NCBI GenBank assembly: GCA_027923505.1
Contig: BROI01000001.1
Coordinates: 186,001 to 250,000, forward strand
Direction of reading: 5' to 3'
Source of the DNA: Mayamaea pseudoterrestris
Lineage: Eukaryota
Length of the DNA stretch: 64,000 bases
This document shows, in pieces, positions 22,576 through 33,043 of the stretch; the stretch's first letter is position 1, and each line of letters opens with the position of its first letter. The notes beneath the pieces were generated by a model that saw nothing but the letters and a program-made list of their open reading frames with translations, was not told the DNA's origin and did not search any database. The position numbers were made by a program, and so were the translations under genes.

Positions 22576-23766
22576 ATGGAGGGAGCTATGAAAGTGTCAA
22601 CAGTTGCAATAAATTCCAGTTGCGGCAGTGGATCTAGACGAGTCGTTTCAACGCAAACACGATCCTCCTTATCCATTTGCTTCCGGCGCATCATTTTTGT
22701 CATACAATTGCTTTTGCTGCTGATGGAGACAAGTCATGCAGTAGCCAATGGCAATCGACTCAATAGCCTTCTTGGAAGAATACGAAGAGGACAGCCGGCC
22801 GATGAGGAGCTGTACTCTGGCCAAGATACGCAAGCATCCTTTGGAACGGGTCGAGAATTCAGTCTCTTTGATGCACGCGCCAGAGATAATGTAAGAGTGA
22901 CAGTACCCAAGGACGACGATCATTTTCAATTTCCCGATGAAGAATCTTCCTTTTACGAATCAATCCAAGTCAATGATAGCAGTAGCAATCGTCAAGGACA
23001 GCAAAACACGTTTACATTTCCGTCATCGTCATCTTCACGGCGATCAACAGCAACTACATCTCCACCTGCATACATTCCAGACAACAATAAACCAACAGGA
23101 AGGTCATCATCTACAAATCCCTACTTTGACTCGAGACGACGAAAACGACAACCCAAGAGCGCTCGCTCCAGCAGCAGCATGTTTTACTCGCCACTCACAG
23201 ATTGGTGGCACCAAACCATTGCTCCCAACATCAAGGCCTGGCCGCGCCTACAATGTCGCGTCGAGCCTACCACAACACTCAAAATTCGCAAAACATTCTA
23301 TCCACTCAAAACAATTGTCAAGTTTGGCGCCGACTTTAACACACAACTCGGCGTCTGGCAGTTCAAAAGTAGTTGGGAGGACGCCATTATTGGCGGCAAG
23401 CTCACGCTCATTGCCGGCCGCGAGCTGCAGCTCACCAAGAGCTGGGCGCTCAGCGTCGGCGGCGTGGACGACCTGGTGACGCGGCTGCGGTTTCGCGCGG
23501 CGGTCGATTTGCAAACGTGGAAGGCGTACGCGCGCGTCGGATTTCGGACGGAGCGACTGTCACCCATCAACGTCATGGAGGGATTCACACTAGTTAAACG
23601 ACTGCCGCTGGATGGGCACAAGGGACATGTCAAGCTGGAGGTCAAGGCGAATTTGGCGCTGCCGGAACCGGAGATTGAGTATTCGACAGAGACGCAGCGG
23701 TCGCTGATTGGTATGGGTGACATTCAAATGAACATTGAGGAGCTGAATCTGGTGTTAGATTACTAA
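22576..23766 (+). CDS. Hypothetical protein with N-terminal hydrophobic segment and beta-strand-rich C-terminal domain
   Basis: 396-aa ORF; alternating polar/apolar pattern in the last ~170 aa. Confidence 0.75.
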   Translation: MEGAMKVSTVAINSSCGSGSRRVVSTQTRSSLSICFRRIIFVIQLLLLLMETSHAVANGNRLNSLLGRIRRGQPADEELYSGQDTQASFGTGREFSLFDARARDNVRVTVPKDDDHFQFPDEESSFYESIQVNDSSSNRQGQQNTFTFPSSSSSRRSTATTSPPAYIPDNNKPTGRSSSTNPYFDSRRRKRQPKSARSSSSMFYSPLTDWWHQTIAPNIKAWPRLQCRVEPTTTLKIRKTFYPLKTIVKFGADFNTQLGVWQFKSSWEDAIIGGKLTLIAGRELQLTKSWALSVGGVDDLVTRLRFRAAVDLQTWKAYARVGFRTERLSPINVMEGFTLVKRLPLDGHKGHVKLEVKANLALPEPEIEYSTETQRSLIGMGDIQMNIEELNLVLDY

Positions 23767-23926
23767 CAGAGTTTGGCGGCAACTTGTGAAGAAGTTTGCG
23801 TCGTACGAGGAAGAGGGTAATAAACACCATTAATGCTATGAATTTTTTAACGTGTATTCTAATTATTGTTTCGTGTAGAGCCCAAAAATATGTAAGCGAC
23901 GCGATCAGCCCCCATGACACGAGATG

Positions 23927-25180
23927 TTACCTCGAGCGGTACTGCGACGACGATGCCTCCGAATAGGCGTAGTTCGTACCAGCACCATTGTTCGAACTTG
24001 ACAAGCCATTCACAGGAGAATATGATATCGGAACAGATCCTCCTCCTCCTTGTTGATAGTGCGGCGGATGCTGCGGGTTGCTATAATCTCGTGCCGCAAA
24101 AGGAGTGGCGCAGGGGTTTGAGGGACCCTTCTCCGGCGAAAAGAATTGCGTCGGACGAAACGCTCCTTCCGGAATTGGCACATTCATGGCATTCTCCAGT
24201 GCCTCGTACAGCGGCTCGGCTGCCTTTGGACCCCGTTGACGCAGTAGCTCCTTGGCGTCGCAGGGGCATGCGTAAAACTTGGCATTCACATCGTTGCGCA
24301 CCGTGACAATGGAACCTTCCAGTGAAATACCAGCAAAGAGTCCTTGCGAGTGAGCGTAGGCATAGGCTGGATGCAGTGTCCAGTCGCCAGTCTGTTAGAG
24401 AAATAAAAGAAAGGTATGCGTCCGAGTCAGATCTTGTAAAAATGTCTCACGTCACGTCACTAAACAATCAAAAAAACAATGCACATACCGCAACTTGACC
24501 AGTCGCTCCCCGCCCGAGCGGACCAACCGCCACTCCAAGCTCCGCTCCCAACTGCATCGAGCTGGACGACACCAGGTCTTGCACCGCCTTGCTCGTCGTC
24601 AAAACGACCAAGTAGTGCGTCACGTCACCGCCAATCAAGGCGCCCCAGCCCATGCCAACCGTGCCGAGTGCACATGGTGCGCTCCAAACGGGACGAGCAT
24701 TGTTGCTGCTGCTGCTACTTCCACTAGTTGATGAACTTGTCGTTGCTGTTGCTGCTGCATTCGTTGGATCGTCCAGTCGCGCAATGACCAAGCCAGTTCC
24801 CACCCGACCCGAAACCATCAAACCCGCCTTTAGTACCGTCATGAACACGAGTCCGCGCGCCGCGTGCAGCAAGTCCAGCGGAATGCTCCTGTCGACGGAC
24901 TCGTAGACGCTTGGTCGTGCAGTTGATGCGGCACGAGTGTTGTGGTTAAACGGTTGCTCATGCTGCAAATGATGACTCGTCGTCGTTGTCATTGTCATGT
25001 TCAACAAAGTATGCGTCGCTTGTCGAATGCTGCTCGTCAAGGAAAAGCTAAAGGGATTGTGCCACTTCCAATCCGTGGTGGAACTGCTCGTAACGTGATT
25101 GCTGCTGGTGATAATTTGCTGACAGGGCGGCCGAAAGGGTTCCGTCAGAAATTGCCAAATTGCTTTCGCCACTTGCTGAA

Positions 25181-25214
<34 letters not shown>

Positions 25215-26048
25215 ACTCGTATTATTGCTATTGTAGTAATTGTACCACTCCAGCACATACACCAACCAAATGTCCAGCTGCGTCGTGCGATATTGCACGA
25301 GCGAGTCGTGCTTGTTGGGCGCCCAGGTGAGTGACGGCGTCCAGTTGCCCATGCGGCCGGCCCAGTGCTTGCCCGGAAACGTAATGACAGTGTCATTATC
25401 ATTGTTACTCTCGATAGCAGAATATAGTTTGATTTGGTGCTGCTCCAGCAACTGATGCAACTTGTCAAAGTCCGAGTAGCGTCGCTCCACCGTCCAGCAG
25501 TTGTTTGTTTGACGGTTTCCCATGGTTGGCGTCGATACTGTCGAATAGACAGAAGCTGCAGCGTTTCCCCGACTACCATCATCATTTTTCATCTGCACTT
25601 GCACCAGATAAGCCGTGTAGCGTGTGTGGCTGGCATCCAAGCGATCAGCGGCGCCGACAATGCGCACGACGCAAGTTCCTTGGAGTCGCTTGTCCTCCAG
25701 TGCCGACGATAGGCCTGTTCCGTGCGTCTGCCACTCGCGGCGCGCCTGAGCAGCTGCTGTTGTATTTGTAGTATTGGCTGCTGCTGCATGAGGTGTCTGC
25801 ATTGTATGAATAGCTGCAGCAGGACCGATGGAGGACGACGAAGCTGTCGCATGGACAAAGAGATTGGCGCTCGCTCCACTACTCGCGAGGGATTCGTCGT
25901 AGAAGGAACTATCGTTCAATATATGGGATTGCTGTTGCTGCTGCTGTTGATTATATTGTCGATGATGCTGCTCCATGTCGCTAATATTAATAGCATTCGC
26001 TCGAAGGGACGCAGCGTGGCGGAGGCTGGAGGAAAGACCTGATGGCAT
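23927..26048 (-). CDS. PX-domain plus SYLF (Ysc84/SH3YL1-type) protein; intron 24392-24488
   Basis: VERRYSDFDKLH (PX); KAGLMVSGRVGTGLVIARL, WSAP, AVGPLGR, spliced AYAHSQGLFAGISLEGS..RNDVNAKFY (SYLF). Confidence 0.9.
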
Positions 26049-26276
26049 GGTGCTTGATAATGTCGCTCTTGTTGTTTGCTCGATAATATAGAAGCGTCTA
26101 TGAGTGTTGCAATCGTTGTTGCTGATGAAAGACGTTCGATTGCTTCAACAAACGTGTCTCGATTTTCGCCGGTTCGCCATGGTCGACCGCGGCGACGGCA
26201 GGTGTCTTAGCGGTTTAACTAAACGTCACAGTGGTTATGATTTAAACGAAACGGATCAGTTTTGCGGATCCGTTTC

Positions 26277-26506
26277 TCCGGCTTAGAGCGGATGCACAGA
26301 GGAGCCCGCCCTAGGGACTACCCGTAGGAAACCTACGGGTAAAGTAGCAGACACAGTTTGGATGACATTGAGATTGCCGCTAGGACATTGCGATTGCTGC
26401 TGCGACACTTGGACATCCCTTTAAGCCATCGGCTTTCAGCGGCAAGCCATTCCTTTCGGATCAGCTCTTGCACCCTTGTTAGCAATAGCATCTCCGTTTT
26501 TGTTCC
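26277..26506 (+). repeat. Split direct repeat A1 (230 bp)
   Basis: Matches 34604-34833 except for a TT/CC dinucleotide. Confidence 0.95.
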
Positions 26507-26550
26507 TCGCCTGTAGCTTCAAACCGCTTTCTTTCCTCATCATCATCATC

Positions 26551-28269
26551 ATGCTCATTCGTCTTCGTTTTCCTTCCCTAGCTGAGTTCGGGGGTGCTCC
26601 TGTGGCCCTCTCATGGCCGGAGGAGATTGCCTTGCCGACCACGTGGCTTGGAACGGATAATGTTCCTCCTAAAGGAGAGCGCGCCAAGGCGATGGAGCTC
26701 CAGCTTGATGGAAGCTGGGACAAGGAGAAGGACAAGGAAAAAGTGCTCCACAAATGGTTGACAAAGGAGGAGTTTTATGCGCTCAACCAGCGCATGTCGG
26801 TCAAGACAAAGGAGCCTGACGACGACGACGCCAGCGACATTTACCTTGGCGCACTTGACAAGCTCAAAATGATGGGCAACGCCAACGTTGGCGCTATGAT
26901 TACTCTCTCAAGCTTCTCGATTCCAGGGCAAGTGCTCGCAGACAATCACGCTTTGATTTGCTCGGCGGCGCCCTCTGGTACTGCCAACGGCAACGCCTTT
27001 TTACTTCAAACAAACCAAGCCACTTTGGACGCATTGGATACATCTGCCGGAGCCAAGGAACCTTCCTTCTTGTTGGAAGCTTGGTCTCACTTGCAGCCAC
27101 TGAATGTCGCGGCTCCATCCAGCGTCAACCCAGTTGTCTCAATTTTGACACGAAACACGCGCGCCACTTTGGTGACTGCTCCTGCGACTCGGCATTCCGA
27201 AGTACTGCACGATGCCTTGGTCTTTGCCAATGGCTTAAAATTGACCCAGCCAGCTTGCTTCCTGGTCCACAAAGAGGACATTCCAAAGGATCACCCTGCT
27301 GGCAAGTATTTTCTGGGACCAACGCCTCCCACCTTCACTTCTGGTGACAAACCTTTCGCGATTGTGACAACAAAACGTCCTGTGACGACGGAAAATATGC
27401 CGGATCTGCGCACTCTTGTGCAGCAACGTGCGCTATTCATACCGAAAGGCCATCATGGCATCCCACTTGGGGTCCCTTTCGATCACTTGCGCTGCCACAC
27501 TGGAGCGCTCCTCAAGGCCTTCTGCATGGAGTTCACGGAGCTACCGGATGAGGCCTACGCTTGGATGATTGATAATCCAATTTTGGATACTTTTCTTGCA
27601 GCATGCGCCACCCAGGCATCGGCCATGAAGCTTGACACATTGTTCATGGCACAATTGCACGAGTCCTGGGAGAGTTGGAAACTTGAGCAATCATTGGACT
27701 CGCATCTTGCCATTCTCCATCCGGAAACAAAGATCCGCTTCAGTTGGATGTGGGATTACCTCCGGCATTCACTCACAAAACAGTGGGGAAACAAGCTAAC
27801 GCTTTATGAGCAAAAAGGAATGGCCATTCTCCAGCAGTCACCCGACATTGCCGAGTGGAATAAAGAGTTTCTCATGGACACTATCCATTTACCATTGCTC
27901 GTCAATCCCAAGGCAAAGTTGTGGATTGAAAACTTTCATATTCCTTTCCTTCGCCAAAATTTGCTGCCCATTTGGAATCGGTTTGCAAGTGTCGACCTGC
28001 CGGCGGAATCTTCCGACGATTTTATCGCTTCGCTGCGCATCGAATTGAAAGACAAGATTTCGGACGCGCAGTCTCCGTCATCCGCTGCAAAACATAATAG
28101 CCAACCGGCTCCAGCAGCATTGGATATTCTAGCGGCCATGGGCTTCTCACATACGGTAGCAACACCAAACCGGGCGCCCACTGTGGCGGAAGATGAACAA
28201 TCACCGCGCGCAATCGTAAACTCACACCTTCACCACCCGACAAGGCAAAAAGAGGAAGGCGCTGTTTGA
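26551..28269 (+). CDS. YR-retrotransposon ORF1, unknown function (gag-region)
   Basis: Long ORF starting just after A1 (first ATG 26551); no motif recognised. Confidence 0.75.
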   Translation: MLIRLRFPSLAEFGGAPVALSWPEEIALPTTWLGTDNVPPKGERAKAMELQLDGSWDKEKDKEKVLHKWLTKEEFYALNQRMSVKTKEPDDDDASDIYLGALDKLKMMGNANVGAMITLSSFSIPGQVLADNHALICSAAPSGTANGNAFLLQTNQATLDALDTSAGAKEPSFLLEAWSHLQPLNVAAPSSVNPVVSILTRNTRATLVTAPATRHSEVLHDALVFANGLKLTQPACFLVHKEDIPKDHPAGKYFLGPTPPTFTSGDKPFAIVTTKRPVTTENMPDLRTLVQQRALFIPKGHHGIPLGVPFDHLRCHTGALLKAFCMEFTELPDEAYAWMIDNPILDTFLAACATQASAMKLDTLFMAQLHESWESWKLEQSLDSHLAILHPETKIRFSWMWDYLRHSLTKQWGNKLTLYEQKGMAILQQSPDIAEWNKEFLMDTIHLPLLVNPKAKLWIENFHIPFLRQNLLPIWNRFASVDLPAESSDDFIASLRIELKDKISDAQSPSSAAKHNSQPAPAALDILAAMGFSHTVATPNRAPTVAEDEQSPRAIVNSHLHHPTRQKEEGAV

Positions 28270-28297
28270 CTATAGCGCGCAACAGAAGCTTGGCTAC

Positions 28298-29962
28298 ATG
28301 GACATCGAATACGAGGCCTACACTGACGACAAGTCGGTGGACTATCTTGGCACCAAACCGGCACAGAACTCGCCACCGCGAATGACATTTAAATTACCTG
28401 CGCGCAATACAGTTACAACAACTTCAAACTCAACGTTTCTGCTGCCATACGAGCAACCACACACCCAGTTGTTGCCCTATTTTACAATGGGCACAAAGAT
28501 GCTCTCTCGCAACATTGATTTTCTCTTTCCGGTTGCTTCTTCGCAACCCGACCGATTTAATCGCCAAGCCTACGTGGAGGATGGACTCTCCAACGCTATT
28601 GTCCTGGCTGCTCATTTTGGAGCCATTGCTGTCGATCCAAGATTTCACATGGGCCCACGAGATGACAGTAAAGGACATCGTTTCCCAGATTGGCAAGTTC
28701 TCATCCCAGGATACGTGTCAAAAAAGTATACCTTAAATGTACTCGAGTCGAAAATTCCCGGCCACGTGACAAACCATTTCAGCAACGAACTTCGCGCCGC
28801 TCAAAACTCCACAATGGAATCTTACGCGCGACCGAGCTTTGCCAACAACGACTTCTTCACCACACCTGATAACATAAAAGCACTGCAATCAGGTCTTTTC
28901 TTTGCAGGCGATGATCCAACCTGCACCTTTGATTCCTATATCAGCCCATGGAGCTTCATTCAAACGGTCCAAAAAACTGGGCACCGCTTCACACAGGAAG
29001 GCTTGGACTGCGCAAAATTAGCGCAACTGACAAAGAATATCGCATGGTTTTTCCATATCCACTTCACAAACCAAGTTCGATTCCCAGCACTGCGCGAGGT
29101 ACATCCTGAACTCTCACCTTGGCTACTCGCATCTCCATTCGCTGGTCAACTAGCTTGGCTGATCCAGCTCCTCGCTAACCAGCGCCTGCAAGAAACATGG
29201 TCCAACATGTCGACTGACAGAAAACTAACTTGCTCAATTGCTGTCATCAACTCTATCTGCAATTTATGGCGCATTGTTATTGACTGGGCCATGTCACTCG
29301 ACTCCGATGATCATTGTGTGCGAGTACTGCTTCACTCCCAACAGTCACGCTCCGACGTCTGCGCGTTCAAAATGTTTTTAGACAACAATGGCTTTGAACC
29401 ATTGAGTGAGGCACTTGCAGCATGGCGATCCAGCACCATGAGGGGAATTACCATTGAAAATCTTACAGCAAAGGAATTGCCCAATTTTGGGCCTTTTAAA
29501 CGGCAAGCCCCCACGGACGTCATGCCTGAGAAAGCAAAACATCACGACAAGTCATCCACCCAACCAAAAACCTCAACAAGTGGCGCCAGCCAACAGAATT
29601 CAGCCGCACAAAAGCGTGAAACAACCGGTACGTATTTAAAAGCTCCTGCTTCGTTGGCACGTTGGCGTGATGGCACCGACTGTTCCGGTGCCGCAGTTCG
29701 GAAACTTTTTCAACATTTGAGCCGCCGCACTCCCCCAATCCGAGCTCCAGTGTTTGAAGGAAAACAATTATGCCTTTTCCATGCGCTGCATGGATCCCCC
29801 GGGTGCGATGTAAAAGACTGTCCACGCCATCACATTGTGCTTCCAGACCCAACTGGAACTTGGACGCGCGAGAAACTTCGCCCGCTTCTTGATTTTTTTC
29901 GCAAGCCAGCGGTAGCGGCCATTTTGGAAACCTCAGCTGTGTTTAACGCGGCATCATCTTGA
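28298..29962 (+). CDS. YR-retrotransposon ORF2, gag-like with C-terminal Cys/His finger
   Basis: CLFHALHGSPGCDVKDCPRHH near the C-terminus; located directly before RT. Confidence 0.75.
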   Translation: MDIEYEAYTDDKSVDYLGTKPAQNSPPRMTFKLPARNTVTTTSNSTFLLPYEQPHTQLLPYFTMGTKMLSRNIDFLFPVASSQPDRFNRQAYVEDGLSNAIVLAAHFGAIAVDPRFHMGPRDDSKGHRFPDWQVLIPGYVSKKYTLNVLESKIPGHVTNHFSNELRAAQNSTMESYARPSFANNDFFTTPDNIKALQSGLFFAGDDPTCTFDSYISPWSFIQTVQKTGHRFTQEGLDCAKLAQLTKNIAWFFHIHFTNQVRFPALREVHPELSPWLLASPFAGQLAWLIQLLANQRLQETWSNMSTDRKLTCSIAVINSICNLWRIVIDWAMSLDSDDHCVRVLLHSQQSRSDVCAFKMFLDNNGFEPLSEALAAWRSSTMRGITIENLTAKELPNFGPFKRQAPTDVMPEKAKHHDKSSTQPKTSTSGASQQNSAAQKRETTGTYLKAPASLARWRDGTDCSGAAVRKLFQHLSRRTPPIRAPVFEGKQLCLFHALHGSPGCDVKDCPRHHIVLPDPTGTWTREKLRPLLDFFRKPAVAAILETSAVFNAASS

Positions 29963-30133
29963 CTCCACCAAGGTGAAGCACTCGATCTCGACACATCGTC
30001 TGCGACGCCGGCGGGCGCACAGGCAGCACAGGATGGGCCAAGCTCAACTTATCCCAATTGTGCCTTTTTAAATAACAACTATAGAAAAATCACACAAATT
30101 AACATTGAACTGGACTGCTGCAACAATGCTGAG

Positions 30134-33043
30134 ATGACACAATCGCCATCACCCGCGGCGCCAAGGAATATTGAACCAGCAAACGCTCTCGTGGAAATGA
30201 GGCACACGGTCCCACCGTCGGCTCCAGCCTCCGTACCCTATTGCGACCAAACCTTGCGCAACATTCTGCCACACATTCCACCAACTGGTGCGCGGCCAGT
30301 TCGACTCACCCGATGCACACATCGCAAACCAACTCGCGCCTCCTCTGTGACGCGATACAATTGGGATCATTTTCTGGCAACCATCATGGCCCCAGTTTGG
30401 CAATTTTTAACGGACCCTGAATCAGCAACCCTACAGTCTGCATATCCTGATTTCTTACATCCAGTCTTTGGTTCAACAACCGTCATGCATCCTGATCCTC
30501 GCATTTGGCTTCGACAAAAATATGGTTGGGGCAAAGCGACTCCTGATATTTCGACGCGACACGCACAGCCATCGCACCACATGACCTTACACCTGGTATG
30601 GCATTGGCTTACAGTCTCAGATCGCCAAACAATGGCTGCTGTTGAACCTTGTTGGGAAAAATACGCACTTCTGCGCCAGCGTGCAACAGCACGAGCCGTC
30701 CCACACCTACGTGTGCCACGCCTGTTTCCGGCTGACGACAATACGCCTATCAGCATGACTCGAGCAAACGACATGGGTGCAGCCCTTCTGCGCTTTGACT
30801 TTAACTATGGTGACTTACTGCGCTGGCTTGGTGGTGAATATACCTACCAGCACCAAGATCGCTCGCTACTCTGTGATGTCGTGGAAACACTACGCACCGC
30901 CTCGCGCCCACCGGATTATCCACCGGTGAAATTGGACGAAGCAATACGCATTATTCATGAAGGCGTTCCAGGTAAAAGCAACTTTGTTGGAAAATTTGAG
31001 GATGTTCGTGCACGAGAACAGCTTGACAACCGTCGTTTGGACGAGTGCTGGGACGACGTAACGGACAAATTCCGCAAGGAAGAAAAAATGTCATACCACA
31101 TAATGTTTCCTCGCTTTCTATGGAAGTTTATCCCAGGCTTGTTCCTTGCCATTATCTCCTACATCCCTCCAAAAGTGGGCCGTCTTGGTGATGAAGGGCG
31201 GATTGTATGCGATCCATCAAATCCAATTACAACAACAGACGAAGGCATGATTAACAAGCAAATTCCAGACGCTCTCCACCCAGACAGTGACCATTTCAAT
31301 CCAAGAGTGTATTACGGCACTGTGATGCGCCGCTATCTCCAGCTAATTTATAACATGCGCCTCGATAATCCGGACGATGAGATTTTTCTGGCTGCTGATG
31401 ACATTTCAGCTGCGTTCCGCTGGCTGCACTACCACCCAGACATTGCTGTGGCTTTTGCATCCATCCTTGGTCCATTTCTTGTCATCCCGGTGGGGCTAAT
31501 TTTTGGCGCACGAAACTCGCCAGGATACTACATGATCCTTGGTGAACTACGCAGCCAGATTGCTGCGCTCCTTGATATTGGCGAGGCCACCACCGACCTT
31601 TCAAATACAATAGTGCTAAGCGACGAGCCAACCAACGAGACCATTGCATCTTTTCAACAGTCAACGGCAGACTCCAAGAACATGGGTGTTCGCTCAATAC
31701 TTGGACGCGACTATAAATTTGGCTTTTCCAGCTTTGTCGACGATCAGGCTGTCGCGGCGACACGCGACACGATTTTGAACGCAATTACCAGAAGCGTCAT
31801 CGCGGCTCGCATTGTTTTTGGTGAACCAACTCCAGCAAGACGCGCTTTATGTATCAACCCACGCAAATGGAAAAGGGAAATTTCACACCAACTGCTCTAC
31901 TTGGGTCTTGATTGGGATTCGCGCCGTATGGAATTGTCTTGGCCTGCGGACAAACAGGCACGCTTGGCATCTCTCATTGATCGCCTCAGTGACAAACCAA
32001 CCGGTTTTCGGCCGGATTACATTACAGTCACGCCAGTGGAAAAGGCAGAAATATTGGATTTAATATGCCATGGAACTTTAGTCAGTGATCTTGCCGATTT
32101 CCGTTCCATCCGCCTACAGCAATCTCTCACTGACGCAGCAAGTAAAGCTGACGCAGCATTTCGCTCCAGCCCCAATGCGAACTTTGCTCGCCGTCAATGG
32201 TGGCGCAAAACAAGGATCGCTATATCAAAAGAGGCACTGGCCGACTTGCGCATTTTACGTCCAACTTTGAACACGGACAAATGGTCTCACGTATGGCGCA
32301 AGCCAATTGGTCTGCTCATTCCAAGGGTACCAACAAACACCATGAAAAGTGACGCGAGCATGTCTGGCATTGGAGGCTGGAACATTGAGCTCTTGTTTAT
32401 GTGGTGCCTCAACGCATCCGACCTGCTCAGTTGTAACATTCCAATGCGAGCATTCCATGAATTGGCACATCGCACCACTGGTGATCCACTCCATATCAAC
32501 ATTCTGGAGTTCATGGCCATTATAATAAATGTGATTCTCACGCTGAGTGCTTTAATGGCAAATCCACAAACCAAACACAACCAACATGTCATTAGCGTCT
32601 TGGCCGACAATACTTCGGCCCTTTCCTGGATGCGTCACGCTGCGCGCAGTCGGGATCCTGAAATTCGTAGGTTGGCACGATTCTTACATGCCATCACCAC
32701 TTACAGCTGTCTCACTTTCTGCATCCAGGGACGTCACTTGCCGGGAGCCAACAATGTGGAGGCGGACCGACTTTCTCGCTTCAAAACCTCGACGGAGTCG
32801 TGGGAGTCCGTTATCACGCCGGAAACGCAGGCGCTAGCAACATGCAGCATTTACCGAGTGGAGCGCGACTTGCTTTTGACAATCTCCTCCGTGATAGACG
32901 GGAGCGCGAACGAGGCGACATACGGTCCAAAAACGATAAAACGTTTGACAGCCGCGCCAAAAATTTTGGTGAATGGGCGATCGACGCAGGGTTTACGGAC
33001 GAGTCTCTTACAGCGCTCGCACCGGGGCAAGAAATCTCGGTAA
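30134..33043 (+). CDS. Reverse transcriptase / RNase H (DIRS-type)
   Basis: RT: GRIVCD, DDISAAFR, LIFGARNSP, FVDD, YLGLDWD. RNase H: SDAS..GIGG, HINILEF, ADNTSA, HLPGANNVEADRLSR. Confidence 0.95.
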   Translation: MTQSPSPAAPRNIEPANALVEMRHTVPPSAPASVPYCDQTLRNILPHIPPTGARPVRLTRCTHRKPTRASSVTRYNWDHFLATIMAPVWQFLTDPESATLQSAYPDFLHPVFGSTTVMHPDPRIWLRQKYGWGKATPDISTRHAQPSHHMTLHLVWHWLTVSDRQTMAAVEPCWEKYALLRQRATARAVPHLRVPRLFPADDNTPISMTRANDMGAALLRFDFNYGDLLRWLGGEYTYQHQDRSLLCDVVETLRTASRPPDYPPVKLDEAIRIIHEGVPGKSNFVGKFEDVRAREQLDNRRLDECWDDVTDKFRKEEKMSYHIMFPRFLWKFIPGLFLAIISYIPPKVGRLGDEGRIVCDPSNPITTTDEGMINKQIPDALHPDSDHFNPRVYYGTVMRRYLQLIYNMRLDNPDDEIFLAADDISAAFRWLHYHPDIAVAFASILGPFLVIPVGLIFGARNSPGYYMILGELRSQIAALLDIGEATTDLSNTIVLSDEPTNETIASFQQSTADSKNMGVRSILGRDYKFGFSSFVDDQAVAATRDTILNAITRSVIAARIVFGEPTPARRALCINPRKWKREISHQLLYLGLDWDSRRMELSWPADKQARLASLIDRLSDKPTGFRPDYITVTPVEKAEILDLICHGTLVSDLADFRSIRLQQSLTDAASKADAAFRSSPNANFARRQWWRKTRIAISKEALADLRILRPTLNTDKWSHVWRKPIGLLIPRVPTNTMKSDASMSGIGGWNIELLFMWCLNASDLLSCNIPMRAFHELAHRTTGDPLHINILEFMAIIINVILTLSALMANPQTKHNQHVISVLADNTSALSWMRHAARSRDPEIRRLARFLHAITTYSCLTFCIQGRHLPGANNVEADRLSRFKTSTESWESVITPETQALATCSIYRVERDLLLTISSVIDGSANEATYGPKTIKRLTAAPKILVNGRSTQGLRTSLLQRSHRGKKSR

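Noticed and set aside
25183..25214. (CTG)n tract, and similar (GCT)n near 19606-19633
   Set aside because: Ordinary coding microsatellites (poly-Gln, poly-Ala)
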